Shown here piece by piece: positions 36,821-46,723 of a DNA stretch of 64,000 bases (positions are counted from its first letter, which is position 1; each line of letters starts with the position of its first letter). The DNA comes from Rebecca billardiae RCC1528 (lineage: Eukaryota > Protista > Haptophyta). The DNA lies in NCBI GenBank assembly GCA_965240325.2, contig OZ251227.1, positions 1,240,001 through 1,304,000 on the forward strand. The letters are read 5' to 3'. The notes below the pieces were generated by a model. The model saw only the letters and a list, made by a program, of their open reading frames with translations, ran no database searches and was not told the origin of the DNA. The translations under genes and the position numbers were made by a program.

Positions 36821-36957
36821 TAAGCTAAGCAGCTACTCTACAATAAATAATAATAGTCTCATCAGCTATATATATAATATATATAGCTAGTATCGATCGA
36901 ATACTACGATGTAACTAACTAGTAGCAGCCTGCTAGCCATCGGTCACGGGTCAGTAG

Positions 36958-38637
36958 TCAGCGACGCGGGCCAGCGCGGCAGATTGGCACGAGCATCTCC
37001 GACATGGACGTATTGGTCAGGCAGTCACCAAGTCGTTCGATAGGTGGCTTTTGCGCGTTCCTGCGGAGCTCCTCTGCCCGCTCCTGGACCCACACCTGGC
37101 GCAGTACCGGCGGGATTGGAACGTCTGCCCAGGGCACAGACGTGCCACCGCCGTGATGACCGTCAGCCGTGTTCAGCTGTGGCAACGCTGCTGCCGATCG
37201 GTCGCCCATCGGCGTCGTGGCTGGCATGGTGCCGGTGCGCATCACGAGGCCGTCGAGCTCGAGCGAGACACGGTGCGCGAGCTGAGTGCGCTCCGCCTGG
37301 GTGCATGCGCCGGGCGCATCGCACCACGACGTGTGCCATTGGAACGCCCCCCGCTTGGAGTAGCAGAACAGGTTGTACGCGCGCGGAGTCTGAGTGTGTG
37401 CGCCCGAGCGGCGCGTGTCGGGACTGAGGCACTCGCTGAACCACGGCGGCGTCGCAATGTACTCGCGCCATGCCGCCATCGCGGCCTCCCCTTCCGTAGC
37501 TGCCTGCTGCGTGGAGACGTTGTTACGCGCCTTCGTCAAGAACTCCTCGCGTGTGAGCACGGGCCCGTGCAGCCACAGGTTAACGATGCAATAATCGGAC
37601 ACGAACTTGGGAACCAAGTGCAATCTTTTGAAGGAGTTTTTGCCCTGCGCATCGTCGACCACCACCGTCTCCATGCACTGCTTCGGCCACTTGAACACAG
37701 GCGTGAAGCACGCGCGCTCCACCTGCACGCGCACCCCGCTCGGCGCGGTGGGGCTCGTCTGCACGGGCCACGCATCGCGCACCAGCGCGCGCGCTGCGTC
37801 GGGCGAGAGCATGTAGGCCAGTGCGGAGTACGCCATCGGGTCGCCTCCGCAAGGGACGCCGCCCTGCCCCCTCACGAGCAGCTCACGCTTGTCGAGGAGC
37901 GGCGGCGAGCCGCGCTCGCGCCAGAGCGAGATGAGGCCAGCCCAGCCGCGCCGCTCCCACGGCGAAGCGCGCCAGAGCGTCGACTTCAGCTGGATCAGCG
38001 ACCAGCCCTTGGCTGCCGTCCTGGCGAGCGCGCGCAGCGAGCTCGCGCCGGGCGTGTGGATGCGCCGCACGCGCTCGTCCGAGCTGGCAGCGGCGCTGGC
38101 GGCGAGCACGCTGTGGTAGTGCGCAAGCGGAGCGAAGTCGGCGTCATCCTCCAGGATGAGGTAGCCTACGGCGTCCTTCGGTGCCGTGAGCACGGCGACG
38201 TGCACCGCCTTGAGGTGGGAGAGCATGATGGCATCGTCCACGATGATGCGTTGGGAGGAACGCTTGCCTCCCCCTACGGCATTTCGTGATTGACGGAACC
38301 ACGTGAAGAACTTGCTCGACACGACCGTTGACGGCACGTCGGACATGCTAACGCCTCGCACGCGCATCGCACACACTCCCGGCGCGAGCCGTGCGCGCAG
38401 GTGCCGCTCCATCCACGCGCGCTTATCTGTGGCGCTGTCCATGTTGATCCAGTACGTGGGCACGTCGAGGCAGCGAAATGTGGGACGCTGGTCACGGCCT
38501 TCACCGCATGTGATGTCGTCCTGTGTGATGTGCAGCTCGCGCATCGCCGCATCTACATCCTCGGCGAACGGTGCTGCTGTCGCAAGGCCGGCTAGCAGGG
38601 CAAGCGAAGCCGACAACGCGGCGAGGTAGGTCGCCAT
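36958..38637 (-). CDS. Glycosyltransferase family 25-like protein with a signal peptide (paralogue 1)
   Basis: TYWINMDSATDKRAWM, LSHLKAV...YLILEDDADF and SALAYMLSPDAARAL are GT25 motifs. Start MATYLAALSASLALLAGLATA. Confidence 0.8.
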   Translation of the reverse strand: MATYLAALSASLALLAGLATAAPFAEDVDAAMRELHITQDDITCGEGRDQRPTFRCLDVPTYWINMDSATDKRAWMERHLRARLAPGVCAMRVRGVSMSDVPSTVVSSKFFTWFRQSRNAVGGGKRSSQRIIVDDAIMLSHLKAVHVAVLTAPKDAVGYLILEDDADFAPLAHYHSVLAASAAASSDERVRRIHTPGASSLRALARTAAKGWSLIQLKSTLWRASPWERRGWAGLISLWRERGSPPLLDKRELLVRGQGGVPCGGDPMAYSALAYMLSPDAARALVRDAWPVQTSPTAPSGVRVQVERACFTPVFKWPKQCMETVVVDDAQGKNSFKRLHLVPKFVSDYCIVNLWLHGPVLTREEFLTKARNNVSTQQAATEGEAAMAAWREYIATPPWFSECLSPDTRRSGAHTQTPRAYNLFCYSKRGAFQWHTSWCDAPGACTQAERTQLAHRVSLELDGLVMRTGTMPATTPMGDRSAAALPQLNTADGHHGGGTSVPWADVPIPPVLRQVWVQERAEELRRNAQKPPIERLGDCLTNTSMSEMLVPICRAGPRR

Positions 38638-38704
38638 GACAAGTACTCCGGGGGCAGACAATTCCCGCCGAACCGTTCGAAAGAGCATGGCGCCGCCGCC
38701 CGGC

Positions 38705-39200
38705 GCACGCGCAAGCACACGCCGAAGGAGGACCTGGGCGTGATATGCCGCGATCTCGCGCGCGAGGCGGTGCGCGTGAGGACCATGCGCACCCGAAGAG
38801 ACCTCACAGACGCGCGCGACATGGACAACGACCAGCGCAAGGTGTCTGAGTTGATGGCCGAGGCCAAGAAGTGCCGGCACGCCATCAACGACGACGACAA
38901 GTGGATCAAGCAGGCGAACACCACCATCAAGCACGAGCGAGAGGTCATTCGGGATGTCGGCAAGCGCCGTACGGCATATCTCGAAGGCGCCGCCGCACTC
39001 ATGGCGCGCTGTGCCACGTGCAGTCGCACGGCTGAGACTCCCGAGGGGCTGCGCTCGCTTGCGTCGTCCCACGACGGAGGGCACGACATCGATACGGGCG
39101 GGCTCAACATCGCCAACCGCCCGTCGGGGCAGGCCGACGAGACCCAGAAGTGTGCGGTGTACTCATCGGATGCGCTCGGCGCACTCTCAGGCCGTGTTGG
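38705..39200 (+). pseudogene. Coding-like fragment of unknown function between the GT25 genes
   Basis: GC3-biased stretch (DNDQRKVSELMAEAKKCRHAINDDDKWIKQANTTIKHERE) without a clean start; it degrades downstream. Confidence 0.3.
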
Positions 39201-40179
39201 GCGCCCACGCGCGCGCGCGTGCTGCCACGAGCACCACGACAAGCCTACACGTGCACGCGGCGGCCTGCGCGCGCGCCCTGGTGCGCCGGATCCTATAGTC
39301 GGATTGCCTCAGGATCGTGCTCGCCGTGGAGTGAGGGTACGAAATCCCGCGGGCTCGCGCGGGCTCCGGCCGCAATCCATCGACAAAATTCGGAATATGG
39401 GTTGGCGCTGCGCGTCAACTTGGGCTGGAAACCTGTTTCTGAAACGCGTGATGGCTCGCGGCCGGTGGCTCGAGCTCGGAATTCCGACGCTGCCAATGGC
39501 GCCACAGGGGCGCAGCGGCGGGGCTGACGACGCGCGCGCGTGTGCACGTCTGACCATGGAGTGCGCGCTGCAATGACCGGCCCGTCTGCAGCACCACGCC
39601 CCGCGCTGTGAGTGAGAGTGTGGCCCGCGCCCAAGCGAGAACGCGGGCCGGGCGGCACTCCGCCGACCTCGCCGGCCGCCGACCAGCCCGCGGCCGCCTG
39701 CTGCAGCTCGTGGAACACGCAGTCGCGCGCTCGCGCGTGGAGGGCGGACCTGCGCGTATGCGCCCGCCGGGCTTGCCGCTTCATGCGCTGGCACCGCAGG
39801 CGAGCCGCTCGTCGCGCGCAGTGCAGGTCGAGCCGTCCGCCGCCACCGAGCCGGCGCCACGCCTCGCGCTCGTGCTCGAGCTGAGGCGGCGCGTGTCGCC
39901 CGAGCCGGCGGGTTCGCGCGCGTGCGCGTGGTGGGCAGCCTCGCGCGTGCGCCCGCCGCGCGCCCCGCGTCGCTCGCTTGGCGCCGCACGTGAGCCGCTC
40001 GTCGCGCGACCGAACCGGAGATGTCAATCAAGGGCGACCCTTCCGCTTGGCCTTCCGATCCTTTGTGCCTTTGTTCTCGTGGGTTTCCAGAATTATTCGA
40101 CGAAAATGCAGTTTGGCTTCGTGCGTCAGGACTGTCTCATGATCAGACGGCGAGCCGACAGCCGCCCGGAGTACTTGTC

Positions 40180-41763
40180 ATGGCAACCTACCGCGCCGCG
40201 TTGTCGGCTTCGCTTGCCCTGCTAGCCGGCCTTGCGACAGCAGCACCGTTCGCCGAGGAGGTAGATGCGGCGATGCGCGAGCTGCACATCACACAGGACG
40301 ACATCACATGCGGTGATGGCCGTGACCAGCGTCCCACATTTCGCTGCCTCGACGTGCCCACGTACTGGATCAACATGGACAGCGCCACAGATAAGCGCGC
40401 GTGGATGGAGCGGCACCTGCGCGCACGGCTTGCGCCCGGGGTGTGCGCGATGCGTGTTCGCGCAGTCACTGTGGCCGATGTTCGCGAGGCAGCCAGCGGC
40501 TCGATGCTTGCCGACCTGAGGTCGCGCCGCAAAAACAGGGCAGGCGGTGTGGTCGTGGACGATGCCATCATGCTCTCCCACCTCAAGGCGGTGCACGTCG
40601 CCGTGCGCACGGCGCGGAAGGACGCCGTGGGCTACCTCATCCTGGAGGATGACGTCGACTTCGCTCCGCTCGCGCACTACCACAGCGTGCTCGCCGCCAG
40701 CGCGGACGAGCGCGTGCGGCGCATCCACAAGCCTGGCGCGAGCTCGCTGCACGCGCTCGCTGCGGAGGCCCCCGAGAGCTGGTCGCTGATCCAGCTCGAA
40801 GCAACGATCGGTCGCCAATCGCCGTGGGAGCGGCGTGGCTGGGCTGGCCTCATCTCGCTCTGGCGCGAGCGCGGCTCGCCGCCGCTCCTCGATAAGCGCG
40901 AGCTCTTCGTGCGCGCACCGGACGGCACGCCCTGCGGCATGGACCCCCTTCTGTTCGGGGCGATCTCGTACATGCTCTCTCCCGGCGCGGCGCGCGCGCT
41001 GGTGCGCGAGGCGTGGCCAGTGCGTTCGGATCCATCTGTCCGAGCCGGCGTGCGTGTGCAGCTCGAGCGCGCGTGCTTCCCACCGCTGTACCGCCATCCA
41101 AAGTGCATCGCCACCGCGGACGAGTGGGCTTTCCGCGTTTGCCTCGAGCCCAAACTCATCTCGGATTGGTGCATCGTGGGGAATGTGCTGAACGGCCCGC
41201 CATTCACGCACGAGCAGTTCCAGCAGCGCACTGCGGAGAGGAACGCGTCGGCGAGCAGGGGCATGCAGCGGCTGCGTTCTCAGCAGCTGGACCCTGGACC
41301 AAGTGGTGGGTGGCGCGAGTACCTCGCAAGCCCGCCGTGGTTTTCAGAGTGCATGTCCACCTCTCTGCGCAAGGAGGGCGCACACACGGGCGGAGACATC
41401 TTCTACAACTTGCACTGCTACACCAAGTGGGGTGCGCAGAGCTGGTTTGAGCGTCTGTGCGAGTCGGAAAGCATGTGTGAGGACGAAGCTCGCGCGTTGC
41501 TCGCCGAGAGGACCGAGCTTGAGATTGATGGTCGTGTGCTGAAGTGCGCGGCGCAGCAGCGCGCGCGCAACCAGTCGACTCTCGGGCCGGGCATGCCGAT
41601 TCGGATACCGCCGGCAGCGCGGCGTGCGTGGGCCGACCAGCGCACTGCGTTGCTCCGTGCCAACGCGCACGTGCACCCGAAAAAGCAGGCCTTCGACTGC
41701 ATTCGCAACAGCTCCTTCGAGAAGTTGACACAGCCCATCTGCCGCGCGCCATGCGAAATGTGA
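40180..41763 (+). CDS. Glycosyltransferase family 25-like protein with a signal peptide (paralogue 2)
   Basis: Same motifs (YWINMD, LSHLKA, LILEDDVDF, GAISYMLSPGAARAL). Inverted duplicate of 36958-38637. Confidence 0.8.
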   Translation: MATYRAALSASLALLAGLATAAPFAEEVDAAMRELHITQDDITCGDGRDQRPTFRCLDVPTYWINMDSATDKRAWMERHLRARLAPGVCAMRVRAVTVADVREAASGSMLADLRSRRKNRAGGVVVDDAIMLSHLKAVHVAVRTARKDAVGYLILEDDVDFAPLAHYHSVLAASADERVRRIHKPGASSLHALAAEAPESWSLIQLEATIGRQSPWERRGWAGLISLWRERGSPPLLDKRELFVRAPDGTPCGMDPLLFGAISYMLSPGAARALVREAWPVRSDPSVRAGVRVQLERACFPPLYRHPKCIATADEWAFRVCLEPKLISDWCIVGNVLNGPPFTHEQFQQRTAERNASASRGMQRLRSQQLDPGPSGGWREYLASPPWFSECMSTSLRKEGAHTGGDIFYNLHCYTKWGAQSWFERLCESESMCEDEARALLAERTELEIDGRVLKCAAQQRARNQSTLGPGMPIRIPPAARRAWADQRTALLRANAHVHPKKQAFDCIRNSSFEKLTQPICRAPCEM

Positions 41764-41864
41764 TGCTGCATTGCACTTTGTTTGCGCAGCCTTCTTATTG
41801 ACGATGCTGACGTACGTATCACGCCGTGATCCGCACCAACTGTCCGACACCGTGCACTGATGGC

Positions 41865-41867
<3 letters not shown>

Positions 41868-41945
<78 letters not shown>

Positions 41946-41965
41946 AGCTAGTACTACTAGATACT

Positions 41966-42000
<35 letters not shown>
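41868..42000. repeat. Interrupted (GA)n microsatellite
   Basis: Read directly from the sequence. Confidence 0.95.
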
Positions 42001-42002
<2 letters not shown>

Positions 42003-42229
42003 ACGCGACCGCGTCACCTTGACTGCTCCCCAGCCCCCTCGGTGGCCGCCGCACGATTGACACTGCGCCAGAAGGGGGGGTCCAAAATTGTCCGGCCGCC
42101 GACGGCTCGATGGCTGCCGCACGTGCGTGCCCCGCATGCCTTGCGCGTGTACGTGCGCACGGTAGGGCGTCCCGACAGCGAGGGCGGGGTGGCGTCGATG
42201 GTCTCGTGGGAGGTGTGCCCGTGTGCCCG

Positions 42230-42830
42230 GAGACGCTTCGACCGACCTTGGTAAATGTTGGTTGCGTGCCCACACCTCTCCTTGTCGCCGCTTGCCTGCT
42301 CGGCGTGCTCGGCCAGCCGTGTTTTTAGCACGCCTGCGCGTGCATGGCCAATGTCGGGCGGATCGAGCCGAAGTGAGTGCGCGGGTACTCCTACCCGATG
42401 CGCCTCTCTGACACCGGGCACCGTCGCTGCAGTAGCTCTTGTACAGGCGCAATTGCTGGGAATGAAAAAACTGTGCCCTGGCGGGCGGGGGGGTCGGCGG
42501 GCCGTGCCAGTGCTGTCGCAATGTTTCCTCTGCGGGTTCGCGTGTTTCCACATTCCCTCGTGGCCGTGGGTGACGGACAGTGGCGAGGACCAGTGACACC
42601 TACTGAACGGTTCCGTCCAATTACGTGTACACGTTTGTGCGCATCAGCGAGGCCCACACCCACGAGGGAATGTGCAGCACGCGGGGCGGGGCGGGTAGCC
42701 CGTTGCTCCGCGCGAACGCGGGTACGCGCTGTATGTGCTGCATGTCGACCGCGATGGCGTAATCGAGCGCCTCGCCGCCGACGAAGCCGCCAGAGTAGAT
42801 CATGTGCATGTCCTCCTGCCGCCAGCCGAG
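42230..42830 (-). pseudogene. Possible degraded Ulp1-like (C48) peptidase fragment, transposon-type
   Basis: Frameshifted pieces in the expected order: EDMHMIYSGGFVGGEALDYAI, VLHIPSWVWASLM, SLVLATV...QHW and QASGDKERCG. Similarity was judged by eye only. Confidence 0.3.
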
Positions 42831-43960
42831 AGCGGTCGTCGCGAGGACGCTTGCCGATGTCCGCTCCGGGCATGATGGGCTCGGCGCGGGTCGCGGTGAC
42901 GTCGTACACGGCCACCACGCTGAGCACGAGCGCGTTGACGTTCACGCGGTCGTCGCTCTTCGCCTCGTCGACAGGTCTGGCGCCCGCGTGTTCGGCGGCA
43001 CGAGGAGCTGTTGGTTGTGCGCGGCGCGCGCACAGCGACAGCGTGTGCCACTAGCGATCGATAGTGGTCACGAGCTGCTCACGCAGGCACACGAATCGCA
43101 GCGCATCCGTCACCGGCGTGACGACTTCCGCCTCGTCCCGCAGCGCCTGCGCCATGGACGAGCATGGCGCGGCAATGTTGCATGCTCGACGTTTCATCTC
43201 TCTGCGGATGGCATCACGGGCTTGTCTGTGTCTCGCTGCGGCGAGGGTCGCCAACTCGTGAAGACGCGGTGCTGCCACGGCGACAGACCCGGGAGGTGCG
43301 TCCGCTGCGCGTCGTACGCCGTTGGCGCTGCGCTTCCGTCGCATTGGTCACCGTGGACGCCATGCACGCCGGACGTGGGCTTCGGCTGAGGGACCGCGAG
43401 CGACGAAGAGTCCGGCGCGCGGATTCCGGCGATCGAGTCTGCAGAAGGCCGCGCCAAAATCTTGCGTCGCGTGCGATGGCGCTTCCCGCCCGCGGACACC
43501 TCGTGATGAGGCCTTTCTGCACCGAGCCCGACGCGCGGCAGTAGATCGCGCGAGGTGGCTGTCGTGCGCAGCGCTTGATACTATGGCCCGTGCGAGCGCT
43601 CGACGTGCAAGGAAGGCGAGGGCCGCCCCAGGTCGCACGATCGTGTCGACGCGCCGAGCGTACCTCCAAACGCGTCGACTTAGGCCCCCGTTCGACCTGC
43701 ACGTGAGACGACGAGGGCAGCAATCGCGAATCGGGCGAAAACACCCTTCGGGAATCATCGCGCGACGCGCGATGTCCACGCCGGCGTTGGATCTGGCGCG
43801 CGCGGCCCACGCGCTCAACGCCATCCAGGACTGTCTTTCGGCCGAGCGTCCCCAGTGGGAGCTGCGAGGGCGCCCGGTAGTGAGCGAGGCGATTTTCTTT
43901 TCTTGGCGAGGCGATTTTCTTTTTCCTTTCTTTTATTTTCTTTTCCCCGGGCACTGCAAG

Positions 43961-44140
43961 GGGCGGACCTACGGTACGGCCCGCATAGTCAGAGATCTCA
44001 CGGCTAGTCTCGATTTCTTATTAGCCGTTCGGTAGCCCGAGCGCCCACGGAGTCTCGGTTTCTTATTAGCTACCTAGGTCCGCCCGCCGCGCCGAGGCGC
44101 GGGGGGCGGAGCCGCCGGGGGCAGAGCCGGCCCCGCTGAG
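43961..44140 (+). mobile_element. Candidate mini element: asymmetric 11-bp inverted repeat plus 3' hairpin
   Basis: GGGCGGACCTA (43961-43971) pairs with TAGGTCCGCCC (44075-44085), followed by CCGCGCC-GA-GGCGCGG (44087-44102). Internal 20-bp direct repeat AGTCTCGRTTTCTTATTAGC. Confidence 0.45.
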
Positions 44141-44584
44141 TGTTTAGGCCCGGCCGGCGAGGCCGACGACAATTTTGCTGGGCCATTTTAGCTAGAGCAA
44201 ATCTGGCATGATGTTGCATCATGGATGCTGCGGTGCACTGGCCAGGAGTCAGTCAACAGGAGAAGTCTGGACTGTTGGCCTGTAACTACTCGTAGTCGTA
44301 AGTCCGGGGCCGCGCGCCGCGTCCCACGGGCACTGCCGACTGCGCCTTGGCGGACCCGACTCGTCAGCCGCCACGACGTAGTCCCGGTTTCTTAGTGTGA
44401 CTATGCGCATTAAGCGAACCAGCCAATCGCTAGTCTCAGTTTCAATATACGTAGGCCAGATCCGCAGCCGATAGCAAGCCCCAGTTTTACTTAACGTGAC
44501 AGGCGCGGTTATTGCCCGCGATTGCCTGTACGTCAACCCTAAGCCGTGCACTCGAACCCACGGCCACGACGTGTCAACATTATC

Positions 44585-44723
44585 ATGGCGCACGCCCCCC
44601 GAAAGGTCTGTCTGAGCGTGAGCGAAAGCCGGCGGGGGGCGGGCGGCGCAAGTGCTCCGCAAACTGATCACTGAAACTATAAATTATTTCAGTAAAAGCA
44701 GAGGATCGGATGATGCGCGCAGG
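44585..44723 (+). mobile_element. Family-1 element, degraded 5' fragment (copy D)
   Basis: ATGGCGCACGCCCCCCGAAAGGTCTG(TCTG)AGCGTGAGCGAAAGCCGG...GTGCTCCGCAAA...GATGCGCGCAGG. Confidence 0.8.
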
Positions 44724-44770
44724 TCGGTCAGATATCGGCTGTGACGGTCGTACGGATGCAGCGGCGGGTG

Positions 44771-46018
44771 CTAACGACGCCGACGATGATTATGATTGCG
44801 GCAGGTGGGATTCTTCTCCAGCAAAGTCGGCGACGCTTCGCGCAGCAGGCCCGTGCCTGGCCTCACGATGCACAGCTCATCCCCCGGAAAGTCGCCTCGT
44901 GCGGGCGCATACAACAAGTTGGTCCATAGCATCTCGTCGAGGGCGCCCACGCCGTCACGCGTCACGCCCGCTCGGCCCGAGGAGTTAAAGTGCATAACGC
45001 CCACCAGCTCATCGTTTGGACCGACATGGACAGGTGGCTCGAGGTGCGCCCAGGTGTGGTTGTATGCGAAGTCGCATGCGGCGTATCGCAGGTATCGTCC
45101 ACTTGAGGCGTGCACAACGCTGGTCCAGCCGCGCACGCCCAATGAATGGGTATGCTGCTTGTAGGCCAGCACCTTCACCCCATCACCTGGGAGCTTGAGC
45201 AGCTTGCGCGGGCACCGATACTGGAGCACATGGGCGCTGCGCCTCGGCGGGATCGCAAAGCCCATCACCCCAAAGAGGAGCAGGGCTGCAGGCTGCAATG
45301 GCACTGGCGGCCCGAACATCTCCAGCCAGCGCGGATCGATGAACGTAATCCGGACGCCAGAGGTGTCGCGTGCGCCGGCCACATGAGTGGGGTTGTCAAA
45401 ATGCCACTCATGAAGCGCCCACGCGCGCGCGCGAGACGACACGTCGAAGGGCATGCCTACGCCCGGCGGCAGGCACTGCGCGCCATCGCCCCTGTCCCAC
45501 AGGTGCCTCACCTTGAGGTGGCGGAGTGCAGGCTTGGGCCAGATGTAGCCCTGACGTGCGAGCCTGCTTACGGGCGTTCCAGCAGGGTCGGTTGCCTCCA
45601 GCCACTCGCCCGTGCGAAATGTCTCCAGGTGGTAGTGGTGCGCCAGATCGGAGCGGTCGATTAGGGGGTCGAAGCGCACTGCCCAAAGCGACTTCGCACG
45701 CTGCAGCTCGCCAGCAGAAAGGGGCGGGCGGAGTGAGGAGGAGTTGAGCAGAGCGTCGAGCATATTGAATACGTACAACACGTATGTTGTGCGCTGCGTG
45801 GGCACCTCGAAATCCGGAAGGCGAAGGTCGATCGTGAAGGTTCGGTACAAATGAGCAGCCGAGGCGTACGTGGCGCACGATTGTTCGTGCCGAATGGCAA
45901 TGGTATCAGCAGGTGGGCTATCGGCTCGAATGCTCGGAAAAGCCATTTCCCCGACTGCGCCGTCGCGCGAGAACGATGTTAGACCCCAAAAGCAGAGCCA
46001 GGGCCACGCCACCGCCAT
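44771..46018 (-). CDS. Copper type II ascorbate-dependent monooxygenase (DBH/MOXD1/PHM-like catalytic core), secreted
   Basis: CuH ligands AHHY and HFDNP; DTSGVRI; CuM ligands HTH(SLG) and DEM; TTY motif; hydrophobic N-terminus. Confidence 0.85.
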   Translation of the reverse strand: MAVAWPWLCFWGLTSFSRDGAVGEMAFPSIRADSPPADTIAIRHEQSCATYASAAHLYRTFTIDLRLPDFEVPTQRTTYVLYVFNMLDALLNSSSLRPPLSAGELQRAKSLWAVRFDPLIDRSDLAHHYHLETFRTGEWLEATDPAGTPVSRLARQGYIWPKPALRHLKVRHLWDRGDGAQCLPPGVGMPFDVSSRARAWALHEWHFDNPTHVAGARDTSGVRITFIDPRWLEMFGPPVPLQPAALLLFGVMGFAIPPRRSAHVLQYRCPRKLLKLPGDGVKVLAYKQHTHSLGVRGWTSVVHASSGRYLRYAACDFAYNHTWAHLEPPVHVGPNDELVGVMHFNSSGRAGVTRDGVGALDEMLWTNLLYAPARGDFPGDELCIVRPGTGLLREASPTLLEKNPTCRNHNHRRRR

Positions 46019-46109
46019 CGTACCGGGTATTACCAGTATGGCGTGAGGACTGCTGCCGACTTGATGAGCAGGCGTGCGTCAATCTCATGATTTCTCATCA
46101 TATGGTGAC

Positions 46110-46723
46110 CAGGGCATGATAGGTAGTCGGGGCTAAGTAGTGCTACTTTGGTTTACTTAACTAGGTAGCGCCGACTACTTAGCTACCTCGGTCGGCTCCC
46201 GGGCAAAGTAGTCGCGACTACTTAGCTACCTAGCTTTCCGAGACCAGCTGAGTAGTCGCGCTACTTCACTACGTAGTACTACGTAGTCGACTAGGTAGCT
46301 GAGCCGTGAGCGAGCACGGGCCACTGCCCACCGATTCGCGCGAATCGCGAGTCGCGACGAGACTCCCGTCATTCACCCGAGCCCGGCCGAGATCATCAGT
46401 TCATCAGAGCCCCGACTGGCCCGCCGCCGAGGCACGGACCTTGTCCTTACTCCGCTCATTGCGCGCGCGCCGACTGCAGTCGACGCCGCGCCGCCGCTGC
46501 ACCGAGTGCACGGCCGTCGCGCCGGCCCGCGGCAGCCAGCTAGGCACGGCGACTACGTAGGTCGGTACGTAGTGGCTACGTAGTCCAACTACTTAGCTAC
46601 CTCGGTCGGCACCCCGGGCAAAGTAGTCAGCACTACGTAGCTACCTAGTCCTGGAACCGAGTGGAGTAGTGATGGCTACTTACGCAACTACTTAGTAAGT
46701 AAAGGTTTACCTACCATGCCCTG
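46110..46723. mobile_element. hAT-superfamily MITE, 614 bp
   Basis: 16-bp TIRs CAGGGCATG(A/G)TAGGTA. Perfect 8-bp TSD ATGGTGAC at 46102-46109 and 46724-46731. Dense subterminal ACTAC/GTAGT motifs. Confidence 0.92.

Noticed and set aside
46120-46710. Repeated palindromic ACTAC/GTAGT units as a CRISPR-like array
   Set aside because: There is no constant repeat-spacer period, and the region is bounded by hAT TIRs and an 8-bp TSD.
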